From the IMG/VR virus record IMGVR_UViG_2706794665_000005: a stretch of DNA of 14,780 bases. One strand, 5' to 3'. The notes beneath the pieces were generated by a model that saw nothing but the letters and a program-made list of their open reading frames with translations, had not been told where the DNA came from and made no database searches. Shown here in pieces: positions 1 through 8,506 of this stretch. The DNA is from a virus (taxonomy: Duplodnaviria; Heunggongvirae; Uroviricota; Caudoviricetes). The translations under genes were made by a program, and so were the position numbers. Position 1 is the stretch's first letter, and every line of letters starts with the position of its first letter.

Positions 1-2176
1 TCCCCGTGGAGGCAGACGCACCACCACCGAAAGCACCGCCAATGGCGCTGCCGATACTCCCGACTATCCCCACCATCGCCTGCTTCAGAAAAATCTCTGT
101 CAGCATGGACAGCACAGAACGGGTGAAACCACGCCAGTTCTGTTCGCTGCCGGTCAGCATCGCTGCCATATTCTGTGCAATACCGTCAAAGGTCTGCGTG
201 GCCGCGTTTTTAACCTGCGAAAAACTGTCCGTCGCACTTTCCGCCCACTCGCCCCAGCCGGACTTCATCCCGGCCATCCAGCTTCCACGAAGCTGCTCCT
301 CCGCAGACCAGGTGTTCTTCAGTGCAGATGTGGCCTTCGCCAGCGCAGCCGGATTATCACCGTACACCTCACGAAGGCGCTGCTCTTCCGACTCCCGCTG
401 CGCCTGACGGTCGGTGAGTCCGCGGGCTTTTGCGCTGATTGCCGCCTGCTTCGCGCTCTGCTGCTGTTCAAACCGCGCCGCCTGCTGTGCCAGCTCATTC
501 AGCCGTTTCTGGTGTTCAATCTTGTCGCCCAGCTCAGCCAGCTGGCGTTTGTACTCCAGCGTTTCTTTCTCATGGGCCAGCAGGGATTTTTCCTGCTCAG
601 ATAACTGCCGTTTCGTGGCGGCCTCTTTCAGGACCACATACTGATTTTCCGCTTTCCATAAATCACGGCGCTGCTGGCTGATTTTTTCATTCGCACCGCT
701 GTGCTTCTCCAGCGTCCTGAGCTCAGTTTCAAGCGCCAGCAGGGCTGCATGCGCCTGGTCTTCCTGGCGCTCACCGGCAGACACCTTCACACCGGACGGC
801 TTTTTCTGCGTCGACTCATAATCCTTTTTTGCCGACGCCATCAGCGTGTTGTAATCCGCCTGCAGGATTTTCCCGTCTTTCAGGGCCTTATTCAGCTCTT
901 CCTGCCGGGCGGTATATTTCTCCAGTGGCGTCAGCAGGCGCTCATACGCCTTCTGCGCCTCTCCGGTATACTTCAGCTGTGACGACTCACGCTCAGCCCT
1001 GTCCCTTGCCGCCAGTTCACCGGCTTTTTCCATATCCGACTGCAGCGTTGCCGCTGCCAGACCCAGACGGGCATTTTCCCGGTCATCCCATGCGCCCTGA
1101 AGGTTGGCCCGGAAAGAGGAGGTTTTACCGCGGCGCTGGCTCCGACTCTGGTACCACTGCCATTTTTTATCCGCCTCATCAAATGCCTTCTGCGCACTGG
1201 CGAGCATATCCGCTGAGGATTCCGGACGACCGATATCCAGAATGGCATCCCACATCGATTTGAATGCCTTCCCTGTTTTATCCGCCCAGGTCTCCAGTGT
1301 TCCCATGTTTTCTTTCAGGCGACGGGTCTGCTCATCAAAGCCTTTCGTGGCGATATCGTTCGCCGCCTGCAATGCCCCGGCCTCGTCTCCGGAACGCTGC
1401 AGCTGTGCAACATACGCAATCTGCTCTGCCGTCACGTTACGGAACTGGCGCGCCATCGCCATCAGTCCCGACGTCGGGTCAGTGGTCAGCTTCCCGAAGG
1501 CTTCAGCGACTTTATCCACCTCCACACCGGATGCAGACGCAAAACGCGCGACACTCTGGTTGATGGCATCAAACTGTTCACCACCACGCACACCGGCATT
1601 CACCAGGGCTGCCAGTGACTCTCTCGCCTGGTTAAACGTCAGCCCTGCTGCCTGCCCGGCTCTTGAGAGAGTCAGCATACGATCGGCAGTCAGTCCGGAC
1701 TGATTACCGGAAAGAACCAGGGTTTTATTAAACGCTGAAAGCGTGGAATCTCCCTGGTACCAGGCGTACACCAGTGCACCTGTCGCCACCGCCAGCGAGG
1801 TGACCCCGACCATCGGCAGGGTGATCGCACCGGCAAGCCCCCTGAACATGGGGATCATCCCACCGAAGGAGTCCTTCACCTGACCGCCCTGTTGCAGCAG
1901 GATCAGCCAGGGATTCTGACCACCGGCAAGCTGCGTGGCGATATCCGTAAACTGTGCGGGCAGGGTTCGCATGGCCGCTTTATACTGCCCGACGGAAATC
2001 CCGGCTTTTTGTGCAGCCAGCGCCTGGCGGCTCAGGCCCTGTTCAACAGCACTGGCGGTTTTTCTGGCGTCGGTATCCAGACCTGAAAAATGACGCCTTA
2101 CCCGGCTCATCTGCTCATCGAAACGGACAGCATCCAGACTCAGGTCAATAACAAGATCACCAACCGGCTGGGACAT
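1..2176 (-). CDS. H: Tail tape measure protein (lambda gpH-like); 3' end truncated by window edge
   Basis: Minus-strand frame open from ATG at 2174-2176 (GGAGG SD upstream) to position 1. Hand translation begins MSQPVGDLVIDLSLDAVRFDEQM... and stays colinear with lambda gpH as I recall it. Not in ORF track because the stop lies outside the window. Confidence 0.93.
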   Translation of the reverse strand, partial: MSQPVGDLVIDLSLDAVRFDEQMSRVRRHFSGLDTDARKTASAVEQGLSRQALAAQKAGISVGQYKAAMRTLPAQFTDIATQLAGGQNPWLILLQQGGQVKDSFGGMIPMFRGLAGAITLPMVGVTSLAVATGALVYAWYQGDSTLSAFNKTLVLSGNQSGLTADRMLTLSRAGQAAGLTFNQARESLAALVNAGVRGGEQFDAINQSVARFASASGVEVDKVAEAFGKLTTDPTSGLMAMARQFRNVTAEQIAYVAQLQRSGDEAGALQAANDIATKGFDEQTRRLKENMGTLETWADKTGKAFKSMWDAILDIGRPESSADMLASAQKAFDEADKKWQWYQSRSQRRGKTSSFRANLQGAWDDRENARLGLAAATLQSDMEKAGELAARDRAERESSQLKYTGEAQKAYERLLTPLEKYTARQEELNKALKDGKILQADYNTLMASAKKDYESTQKKPSGVKVSAGERQEDQAHAALLALETELRTLEKHSGANEKISQQRRDLWKAENQYVVLKEAATKRQLSEQEKSLLAHEKETLEYKRQLAELGDKIEHQKRLNELAQQAARFEQQQSAKQAAISAKARGLTDRQAQRESEEQRLREVYGDNPAALAKATSALKNTWSAEEQLRGSWMAGMKSGWGEWAESATDSFSQVKNAATQTFDGIAQNMAAMLTGSEQNWRGFTRSVLSMLTEIFLKQAMVGIVGSIGSAIGGAFGGGASASTG

Positions 2177-3028
2177 ATCTCACACCTCCCGGAATCCCCG
2201 CTGAAGCCATCATTAATGCGGCATCATCCACCATGACATCCGCCACATCCGCAGACGATAAAATATCGCGCCCTCCGTCCCCACCGAACCGGACGCCTCC
2301 GGCAAGTCCTGCCGCTTTCTGCATCAGCATTTTGTCCTCATCCGGCCTCTCCACCTGCTCTTCCTCATGCCGGGGGACAAGCAGACTGAAATCAGAGGGA
2401 TGCATATCCGGATCGCAAAAAAACAGGCTGAGTACAGCGTACGTCAGCCCGGAAAAATGCATATCCAGCTGGGTATCCTGAAAATAATGCGTGCGGTAAA
2501 AACGGTGCCAGTCGGCATATTCGGTGGATGTCATCCCGGCAAGCATGGCGCGCCAGTCGGGTCTCCCCATCTCACGCGCCAGTCTGAGGGCAAAGTTCAG
2601 CTCGCCGTCGAAGACTTTCCCGCAGAAAAATCATCATCAGTCAGCGTGTTATTTTTCGCCACTTCAGTAATATCAGTATCCGGACGAACAGCTTCGATCA
2701 TCCCGGACAGGCACAACACCACGTCTTCCGCCCGGGCAATGGCATCGGCAGGCCAGGTGGTGAGCACTTCCTGCTCTATCTTCATCACGGCCTCATTCAT
2801 TGACGGTGACTGCGTTTTCTGTGGATGGTTATGCCACAGGGACATCGCCACCAGAAACGCGCCGGTTCTGACGAGATCTTCCACGCTTACCTGCAGGTTG
2901 CCGCTGGATTCTGCCTGTTCTGCACGCCGTTTCAGGAGGGCAAGATGCTCGATACGCTGCAGCGCAGACAATTCGGAAAGCGTGACAGACACACCGTTAT
3001 ATTCAAATTGTTCTGTTTTCAGAAACAT
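2157..3028 (-). CDS. T: Tail assembly chaperone G-T fusion, made by programmed -1 frameshift near the 3' end of G
   Basis: Slippery heptamer GGGAAAG (minus strand, plus coords 2615-2621) lies in codons ...GCG GGA AAG... of G. The -1 frame continues as ...GKVFDGELNFALRLAREMGRPDWRAML..., which is the 2157..2570 ORF, ending 20 nt inside H. Classic lambda G/G-T arrangement. Confidence 0.8.
2597..3028 (-). CDS. G: Tail assembly chaperone gpG
   Basis: 143-aa ORF MFLKTEQFEYNGVSVTLSELSALQRIEHLALLKRRAEQ..., GGAGG SD 6 nt upstream of ATG, position between V and H, lambda G-like sequence. Confidence 0.9.
   Translation of the reverse strand: MFLKTEQFEYNGVSVTLSELSALQRIEHLALLKRRAEQAESSGNLQVSVEDLVRTGAFLVAMSLWHNHPQKTQSPSMNEAVMKIEQEVLTTWPADAIARAEDVVLCLSGMIEAVRPDTDITEVAKNNTLTDDDFSAGKSSTAS
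2615..2621 (-). other. -1 programmed ribosomal frameshift slippery site (G GGA AAG)
   Basis: Exact heptamer GGGAAAG on coding strand, 6 codons before the G stop, with the T frame open downstream. Confidence 0.8.
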
Positions 3029-3041
3029 GTATTACCTCCGT

Positions 3042-3794
3042 TTACCCTGCAGCGCCCGCTTCAGTAACGGTGACTTCAGCCACTGCGGCGAACTGACCAT
3101 TTCCGCTCACCACAGGGATCTGCACCTTACCTGTCGCCACGCCGTTTACCGTAATTGTCATATCTTTCACACTAATGGTGGCTTTCGACGGATCGGCGGA
3201 AACCGCTCTGAACGTCTTGTCGGTTGCACTTTCCGGCTCAAAAGAAACCGTCAGGGTGGTTGTTTTCCCTTTTGCCACCGTACCGGATGTCGGCGTCACC
3301 TTAATCGCACTGACCGGCGTAATTTTGCTGCGTTCTTCCGCTACAGAAGGTTTACCCACGTTAGTGACTTTCACCGTGCGGGTGATCACTTCTTTCGCCG
3401 TCACGGCCTTACCGATACTGCTGACCCAGCCACGAAACACATCCACCGTGCCATTCGGAAAACGGATTTTATAGGCCCGGACATCGCCGCTTTCAAACCA
3501 GCCTATAAGCCCTTTCTGGCCTTCCTCTCCCGGTTTCCAGGCCAGCGTAAAACTGGTATCACCTGCAGATTTCTGCCCCTGACCGGTCGCGGTCCAGTCC
3601 GCGTCTTCATCATCCAGGTAGTTATCATCGTAGGATTCTGCCGTCATCTCGCCCGGCGTCAGATCCTTCACCTTAGCCAGTCGCTGCCAGTCATCGTCTG
3701 ACAACGGGTTTGCATAAGCATCACCCTTGCCGTTGTAAACCCACAGAGTGGTACCGGCACCTTTTACCGGCTCAAGGGGATTTGGTGTTGCCAT
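3042..3794 (-). CDS. V: Major tail tube protein gpV with C-terminal Ig-like (Big_2-type) domain
   Basis: 250-aa [52 protein letters not shown]..., strongly lambda V-like; C-terminal T/V/S-rich beta-rich tail typical of the Ig-like domain. Confidence 0.95.
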   Translation of the reverse strand: MATPNPLEPVKGAGTTLWVYNGKGDAYANPLSDDDWQRLAKVKDLTPGEMTAESYDDNYLDDEDADWTATGQGQKSAGDTSFTLAWKPGEEGQKGLIGWFESGDVRAYKIRFPNGTVDVFRGWVSSIGKAVTAKEVITRTVKVTNVGKPSVAEERSKITPVSAIKVTPTSGTVAKGKTTTLTVSFEPESATDKTFRAVSADPSKATISVKDMTITVNGVATGKVQIPVVSGNGQFAAVAEVTVTEAGAAG

Positions 3795-3801
3795 ATCGTC
3801 C

Positions 3802-4197
3802 TCACATCTCGTATGTAATGGAATAAGTCAGATCTGCAGAACTCCATAACGCCATATCGTCATCACGACGATACTCATAGCCCTGCGTAACCATCGTGGT
3901 AATCAGTCCTGCCAGTGCCGGGATCGCGGTCATCGCCGGGTAAATCCGGCTTTCCATCCACTGATCAAGCTCTGAATCCGGTACCTGTGCCGGTAAAAAC
4001 ACCTCAATATGCAGCGTGGCCCGCCAGGTATCTGCATCCAGCTCTTCACCGGTATACTCTGCATCCGTCAGATAAACCGCGATCGCAGGAAAATCCTCTT
4101 CGTCAAAAACAACGGGGCGACCATCAAACAGCGTCGCCCCGTGTTCATGCTGCTCGAGTGCATCCAGCACTGCGGCACGAATGTCAGTGTGTTTCAT
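3802..4197 (-). CDS. U: Tail terminator protein gpU
   Basis: 131-aa [57 protein letters not shown]..., lambda U-like; ATGA start/stop overlap with Z. Confidence 0.95.
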   Translation of the reverse strand: MKHTDIRAAVLDALEQHEHGATLFDGRPVVFDEEDFPAIAVYLTDAEYTGEELDADTWRATLHIEVFLPAQVPDSELDQWMESRIYPAMTAIPALAGLITTMVTQGYEYRRDDDMALWSSADLTYSITYEM

Positions 4198-4727
4198 CGT
4201 TTTATTGCAATCCTCAGTTGTTGTTTCAGCGCGTATGCCAGTTCTTTAGGCAGGCGTTCACGCCGGATACGGTCAACATTCTCATCAAATGCCTGTTTCA
4301 GTGGGGCCGCCATCGGGATTTTCACCACATCAATGGGGTAACGGTTTTTCCCGGCCACACGCTGCATGACATGCCAGCGACCATTTTTTAATCGCTGAAT
4401 AAATGCCCGCTGATACCGATGCTGACCGGCTTTAAGTATGCTGTTCGGGCGACGCCCCAGCATCCTGATCCCCAGCTTAATCACAGGGAGATCACCGCGG
4501 TTAACGATAATTCTGGCATTCGGATTTCTGACCGTCGCCCGTTTCAGTCTGGACCGTTCCTTAACCAGTTTCCGGCGAACCTTTGTCTCCCGGGCAACCT
4601 GTGATGAAGACTGATTAATCGCCGTTGTGGCCACGCGGTTAATGGCCATTGCTGAAGCCGCCGGAATGGCGTTTTTACGAACCCGGCTCAGATTGTCAAT
4701 CGCCTGATCAAGCCCTTTTATCGCCAT
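4194..4727 (-). CDS. Z: Tail completion protein gpZ
   Basis: 177-aa ORF MAIKGLDQAIDNLSRVRKNAIPAASAMAINRVATTAINQSSSQVARETKVRRKLVKER..., N- and C-terminal thirds lambda Z-like, middle divergent; position between FII and U. Confidence 0.88.
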   Translation of the reverse strand: MAIKGLDQAIDNLSRVRKNAIPAASAMAINRVATTAINQSSSQVARETKVRRKLVKERSRLKRATVRNPNARIIVNRGDLPVIKLGIRMLGRRPNSILKAGQHRYQRAFIQRLKNGRWHVMQRVAGKNRYPIDVVKIPMAAPLKQAFDENVDRIRRERLPKELAYALKQQLRIAIKR

Positions 4728-4742
4728 AATTTCACCCTGCGT

Positions 4743-5096
4743 TTATCGTCGCCGGTTAACTGCGGGTGGTTGACCACGGTTGAGCCAGAGATAACAGCTG
4801 CCCCCGTCATCCGGAGAAACACGATCCACCCAGAATATCTCACCATTAATGGTCAGCGTGTCACCACGCCGCACGGCACGAACCGTATCCGTCCGCACAA
4901 ATAATGACGGGCTGCTTCCTTCAATACGGACCCCGCCACCGGCAAACCCCAGCGACTCCGGATCGTCAAAAACCCCCTGAACTTCGCTGCCACACTGTGC
5001 CCCCGAGGTGAACTGCGCACAGAGCCCCATCACTTCAACGATCGTACTGTCTACCCCGGCGAGGGCAGCATCAAAGGCATTCTGAAAATCACGCAT
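4743..5096 (-). CDS. FII: Head-tail connector protein gpFII
   Basis: 117-aa ORF with ...GVFDDPESLGFAGGGVRIEGSSPSLFVRTD...WVDRVSPDDGGSCYLWL...PPAVNRRR, lambda FII-like; overlaps FI stop by 8 nt. Confidence 0.92.
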   Translation of the reverse strand: MRDFQNAFDAALAGVDSTIVEVMGLCAQFTSGAQCGSEVQGVFDDPESLGFAGGGVRIEGSSPSLFVRTDTVRAVRRGDTLTINGEIFWVDRVSPDDGGSCYLWLNRGQPPAVNRRR

Positions 5097-5472
5097 ATTC
5101 AGCCGTTCCGTGCTGTATCATGGCCGTTGCCAGTGATGATGGCACCAGAACACGCATACCCCGTAACGCCAGCTCAACGGGACGACCTGTCTCCGGGCAA
5201 TACCCCATTACTTGCAGGCACTTCCGTACCCGGACGGCTTTAACATCATCCGGAGCATCCGTGTTGTTCAACTGCTCACCATCGTCTGTGTGATTTTGAT
5301 CAGCCCCGCTCTCATCAGAGTGCATAATGCCCTCCGGGGAAACAGCAAGCTCCTCTTCCCACTCAGACACACGTTGAGCAATATCCGCAGCACTCCCCGA
5401 CATATCCGCCTCGCGCCCCAGCAGGCCAGCCAGTTGACGAAGACGATTCAGATTTTCTTCTTTTGTTGCCAT
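5089..5472 (-). CDS. FI: DNA packaging protein gpFI (position-based call); start placed at internal ATG
   Basis: Track ORF 5089..5520 begins at a GTG. ATG at 5470-5472 has an AGGAGG SD 6 nt upstream and gives a 127-aa acidic protein MATKEENLNRLRQLAG.... Position between E and FII matches lambda FI; sequence is only loosely FI-like from memory. Confidence 0.7.
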   Translation of the reverse strand: MATKEENLNRLRQLAGLLGREADMSGSAADIAQRVSEWEEELAVSPEGIMHSDESGADQNHTDDGEQLNNTDAPDDVKAVRVRKCLQVMGYCPETGRPVELALRGMRVLVPSSLATAMIQHGTAEYA

Positions 5473-5485
5473 CTCAGCCTCCTGT

Positions 5486-5516
5486 GAAAAAAGACACGGG
5501 GGCATTTCGCCCCCGC
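5486..5516 (-). terminator. Putative intrinsic terminator/attenuator between E and FI
   Basis: On the minus strand: 7-bp GC stem CGGGGGC/GCCCCCG (plus 5497-5503 and 5509-5515) with 5-nt loop, followed by GUC and a U6 tract (plus 5487-5492), directly after the E stop and before the FI SD. Confidence 0.4.
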
Positions 5517-5523
5517 TCACGGA

Positions 5524-6552
5524 TTATTTCACCTGTACCACCACAAACTCATCCGGATCCGGCAGCACCATCAGCGGAGCGGACTGCGTCATGGTGAATT
5601 CACAGGACGGATCGCCCACGGTCAGCCAGTGTTTCGGGTAACGGGAAGAAGCCACCACTCCTTCAGACAACGCCTGTGCATCCTTAATGGCACCATAGCA
5701 ACGAATCCCCTCTGCCGCCGTATTCCCCAGCACCAGCATGCCCTCCGGCAGATAACGTTTTTCGGTACCGTCCTCTGCCACATAAGACGTTTTCGCCACC
5801 ACAATGGCCAGATCGCCGTAATACCCCTTGAAGGACACCACTGCGCCCAGATCTTTCACTGCCGTTTCGAGTTGTGAATTTGAGCCGCGACGGGTATCCA
5901 GTTTTTCGCGGAACAGCTTAAAGCCATTCAGCAGACGCCAGACCGTACCGTCCATAATGGCGATATTCACAAGGCCGCTGGCCTGATCGCAGTAGAGGTC
6001 AATATCATGCGTCGGATCAAACGTATCACGGTCCTGCTCAGACCATTTTTTACCGTCAGCCTGCTCAATGTTATTTCCTTCAGAGCGCCCGAAATCCACC
6101 TCGACAGTATCAAACTGATCCCCTTCCATGGTGTATTTGCCATACAGCACGGCATTCACCGCCTGCATTTCTTCCACCTGGACAATGGCGTGCTCTTCCT
6201 GTTTGAGGTTATCGGTAATGATACGCAGACGACGGTAGGCCGGGTCGTTCAGCTGAGCCGGATCTTCACCAGGAAGGCGCTCAACCGCCTGCTGGTAATT
6301 AAATTCGTGTTTGGGCTTGACGTAGCCCGGACGTAACACGCGGGTTTCACCACCGCGATGGCGAAGCACTTTTCCTTCAACGATCGGGGAGACATAGGCC
6401 GCCACCGGCGTTTTTCCGGTAATTTTGTCCAGCATCACCTCTTCGGTGTGGAAATTCACCGTACGGCGGAAAAACAGCTCCAGAAACAGCGCACGGAATT
6501 TCACTTTTTGTTCGGTATAACCGAGTAACTGGCGGGTCGTAAACAATCCCAT
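5524..6552 (-). CDS. E: Major capsid protein gpE
   Basis: 342-aa ORF MGLFTTRQLLGYTEQKVKF...LDTRRGSNSQLETAVKDLG...SAPLMVLPDPDEFVVVQVK, colinear with lambda E (341 aa). Confidence 0.96.
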   Translation of the reverse strand: MGLFTTRQLLGYTEQKVKFRALFLELFFRRTVNFHTEEVMLDKITGKTPVAAYVSPIVEGKVLRHRGGETRVLRPGYVKPKHEFNYQQAVERLPGEDPAQLNDPAYRRLRIITDNLKQEEHAIVQVEEMQAVNAVLYGKYTMEGDQFDTVEVDFGRSEGNNIEQADGKKWSEQDRDTFDPTHDIDLYCDQASGLVNIAIMDGTVWRLLNGFKLFREKLDTRRGSNSQLETAVKDLGAVVSFKGYYGDLAIVVAKTSYVAEDGTEKRYLPEGMLVLGNTAAEGIRCYGAIKDAQALSEGVVASSRYPKHWLTVGDPSCEFTMTQSAPLMVLPDPDEFVVVQVK

Positions 6553-6609
6553 AAATCAGTTCCTTTCATTCAGAAATCAGTCAGGCCGCCATGGTGGCCT
6601 GATAACGTG

Positions 6610-6957
6610 TTACGGCAGAGCCGCGTGACTCAGGGCTGTGCCGGCAAAGGCATTTGCCTTTTTGTGTTCATCCACACTGTCAGGCCAGCGGATTGCCTCC
6701 GTCGCAAAGGTCCCCGACTTGTAATAGGTCAGCACCGTCTCTGTGCCTTCAAGCGGCAGTACCAGTATGCCAACCGCACTACCGGCTTTCTGTCCATCCC
6801 AGACCACCAGTTTCCCGGTGGCTTCATCCAGCATCAGGGGCGTCAGAGCCGGTGTTGCAGAAGAAATCCCGCTGCTGCCTGTGGCGGTATGAGCCGGATC
6901 ATTACCGGCAAAAATACGTACTTCCGCACGCTGTTCAGTGATGGTTTTCGTCACCAT
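6610..6957 (-). CDS. D: Head decoration protein gpD
   Basis: 115-aa ORF with ...NDPAHTATGSSG...TPLMLDEATGKLVVWDG...YYKSGTF...ANAFAGTA..., lambda D-like. Confidence 0.92.
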   Translation of the reverse strand: MVTKTITEQRAEVRIFAGNDPAHTATGSSGISSATPALTPLMLDEATGKLVVWDGQKAGSAVGILVLPLEGTETVLTYYKSGTFATEAIRWPDSVDEHKKANAFAGTALSHAALP

Positions 6958-6993
6958 TTTGTTAAAACCTCATATTGATGGTCAGCACTGACT

Positions 6994-7816
6994 TCATGGC
7001 ATGGCCATGAGCATTTTCACGTCCGCATCACCGTCTGCTGACGTCTGTGACACGCCACCCCGCACCGCTGCCGGTGAATGATTCGCCATGAAATGTTCAA
7101 ACAAGGCGGTTGTGGATGCAGAGACCGGTTCGGCCTTACCTGATCCCGCAGCCAGCACAGCCCGGGCGTTCTCCACGGTCATTCCCGGGCAGGCCGCCAG
7201 TTTTTCAGCCTGCGCTTCTGCCCCTTTTGCCTCATCCAGGGCCATGATCTGATCACGAAGTGAGGGCCCGGCATTCGCCTGCGGTNNNNNNNNNNNNNNN
7301 NNNNNNNNNNNNNNNNNNNNNNNNNNNNNNNNNNNNNNNNNNNNNNNNNNNNNNNNNNNNNNNNNNNNNNNNNNNNNNNNNNNNNNNNNNNNNNNNNNNN
7401 NNNNNNNNNNNNNNNNNNNNNNNNNNNNNNNNNNNNNNNNNNNNNNNNNNNNNNNNNNNNNNNNNNNNNNNNNNNNNNNNNNNNNNNNNNNNNNNNNNNN
7501 NNNNNNNNNNNNNNNNNNNNNNNNNNNNNNNNNNNNNNNNNAGGATCCCCATCACTCGCTGGTTCTCCTGCGCGGCAGCTTCCGTTGCAGTTAATTGCGG
7601 CATAGTGCCTCCTGTATCATGAGTGTTCAGCGCCGCAGCCATCACGCTGATGGCATCCGACGCATTGATTAATTCATCCGCCAGTCCGGCCTTAATAGCG
7701 GACTGACCTTCAAAAACGGCAGCCTCTGTCCCCGTGACAGCTTCCACAGACAGCCCCGTATACATCGCCACTTTTTCGGCAAACATCCGGTGCGCCGCAT
7801 CAACCCGCTGCTGCAT
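6994..7816 (-). CDS. Nu3: Scaffolding protein Nu3, nested in-frame in the 3' part of C; start uncertain
   Basis: In lambda, Nu3 is an in-frame internal initiation within C sharing its stop. Candidate internal ATGs at 7814-7816 (C codon 231) and 7784-7786 (codon 241) align near the lambda Nu3 start. Spans the gap. Confidence 0.45.
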
Positions 7817-8506
7817 GTCCTGACGCACCTCTGCCGGTAAGGCTTCAAACTGATTGCCATCCACCTTGTGCGCCCCGGCATAAATCAGCGTGATATCCAC
7901 CCCGGCCTGCGCCAGATGACCGGCATAGCTGACATGGCTCATCATCACGCCAATGGAGCCGATACGGGATGTCTGGGTAACCAGCCGTCGGGAGCAGGCC
8001 GACGCCAGCAGCATGGCTGCAGAACAGGCCGTGTCATTGCACAGTGCCCAGACCGGCTTCTGCTGACGGAGGCGGTAAATCATGTCAGCGCAGTCAAACG
8101 CGCCGGCGGCCTGCCCGCCCGGACTGTCAATGTCCAGCAGTACGCCCCGCACCTGGCTATCTGCCATTGCCTGCTGAAGACAGGCGACAATGCCGTCATA
8201 GCCTGTCATTCCGGAAAATGGCCGCATACCGCCCAGCCGGTGCACCAGCGTGCCGGTCACCGGCAGTACAGCAATACCGTTCACCACCCGGTAAACACGG
8301 GCCGGTCGTTTACCTCCGGCCATGTACTCGTCCGTTTCAGCCAGCATTCCGGGAGCATCAAGCTGTACCTGCTGTTGTGGTACCGAAAGACTTGCTGCCC
8401 CCATCTCGCGCCCGAGCGCGCAAAAGAAAACCCGCGCATAGGCGGGCTCCAGAAGCAGCGGTTCATTGAATGCTGCGGCAATAATGTGTGAAAGATTACG
8501 TCTCAC
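6994..8506 (-). CDS. C: Head maturation protease/scaffold gpC (S49 ClpP-like peptidase domain), interrupted by an assembly gap
   Basis: GTG start at 8504-8506 overlapping the B stop. Pre-gap 321 codons (MRRNLSHIIAAAFNEPLLLEPAYARVFFCAL...ENQRVMGI) are lambda C-like. Post-gap frame (...PQANAGPSLRDQIMALDEAKGAEAQAEKLAACPGMTVENARAVLAAGS... to TGA at 6994) matches the lambda C/Nu3 C-terminus. The stop at 7253 in the track is an artefact of the N-run length. Confidence 0.85.
7286..7541. other. Assembly gap (256 N)
   Basis: Uninterrupted run of n. Flanking sequence on both sides belongs to the same gene, and the frames on the two sides differ by 1 nt, so the N length is nominal. Confidence 0.99.

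Noticed and set aside
2367-3701. 444-aa plus-strand ORF, and other long plus-strand ORFs such as 9102..10259, 1104..1703, 7868..8491 and 11052..11753
   Set aside because: All lie antisense to strongly supported, lambda-colinear minus-strand genes (G, V, B, H, C, A). Their translations are Arg/Cys/His/Pro-rich low-complexity sequence typical of antisense frames in GC-rich coding DNA, and no SD or start context supports them.
5473-5520. 5' extension of FI in the track starting at GTG 5520 (MSGGEMPPCLFSQEAE...)
   Set aside because: The extension covers the GC hairpin and U-tract directly after the E stop. The internal ATG at 5472 has a consensus AGGAGG SD, so the shorter ORF is preferred.
6583-6600. 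Near-palindrome aggccgccatggtggcct between D and E
   Set aside because: It has a mismatch on the mRNA strand (A opposite C), giving only a short weak stem, and no U-tract; likely incidental, though it lies just upstream of the E SD.
7253-7622. Apparent C stop at 7253 and the plus-strand ORF 7260..7622 made mostly of X
   Set aside because: Both are artefacts of translating through the 256-N assembly gap; the genuine C/Nu3 frame continues to the TGA at 6994.
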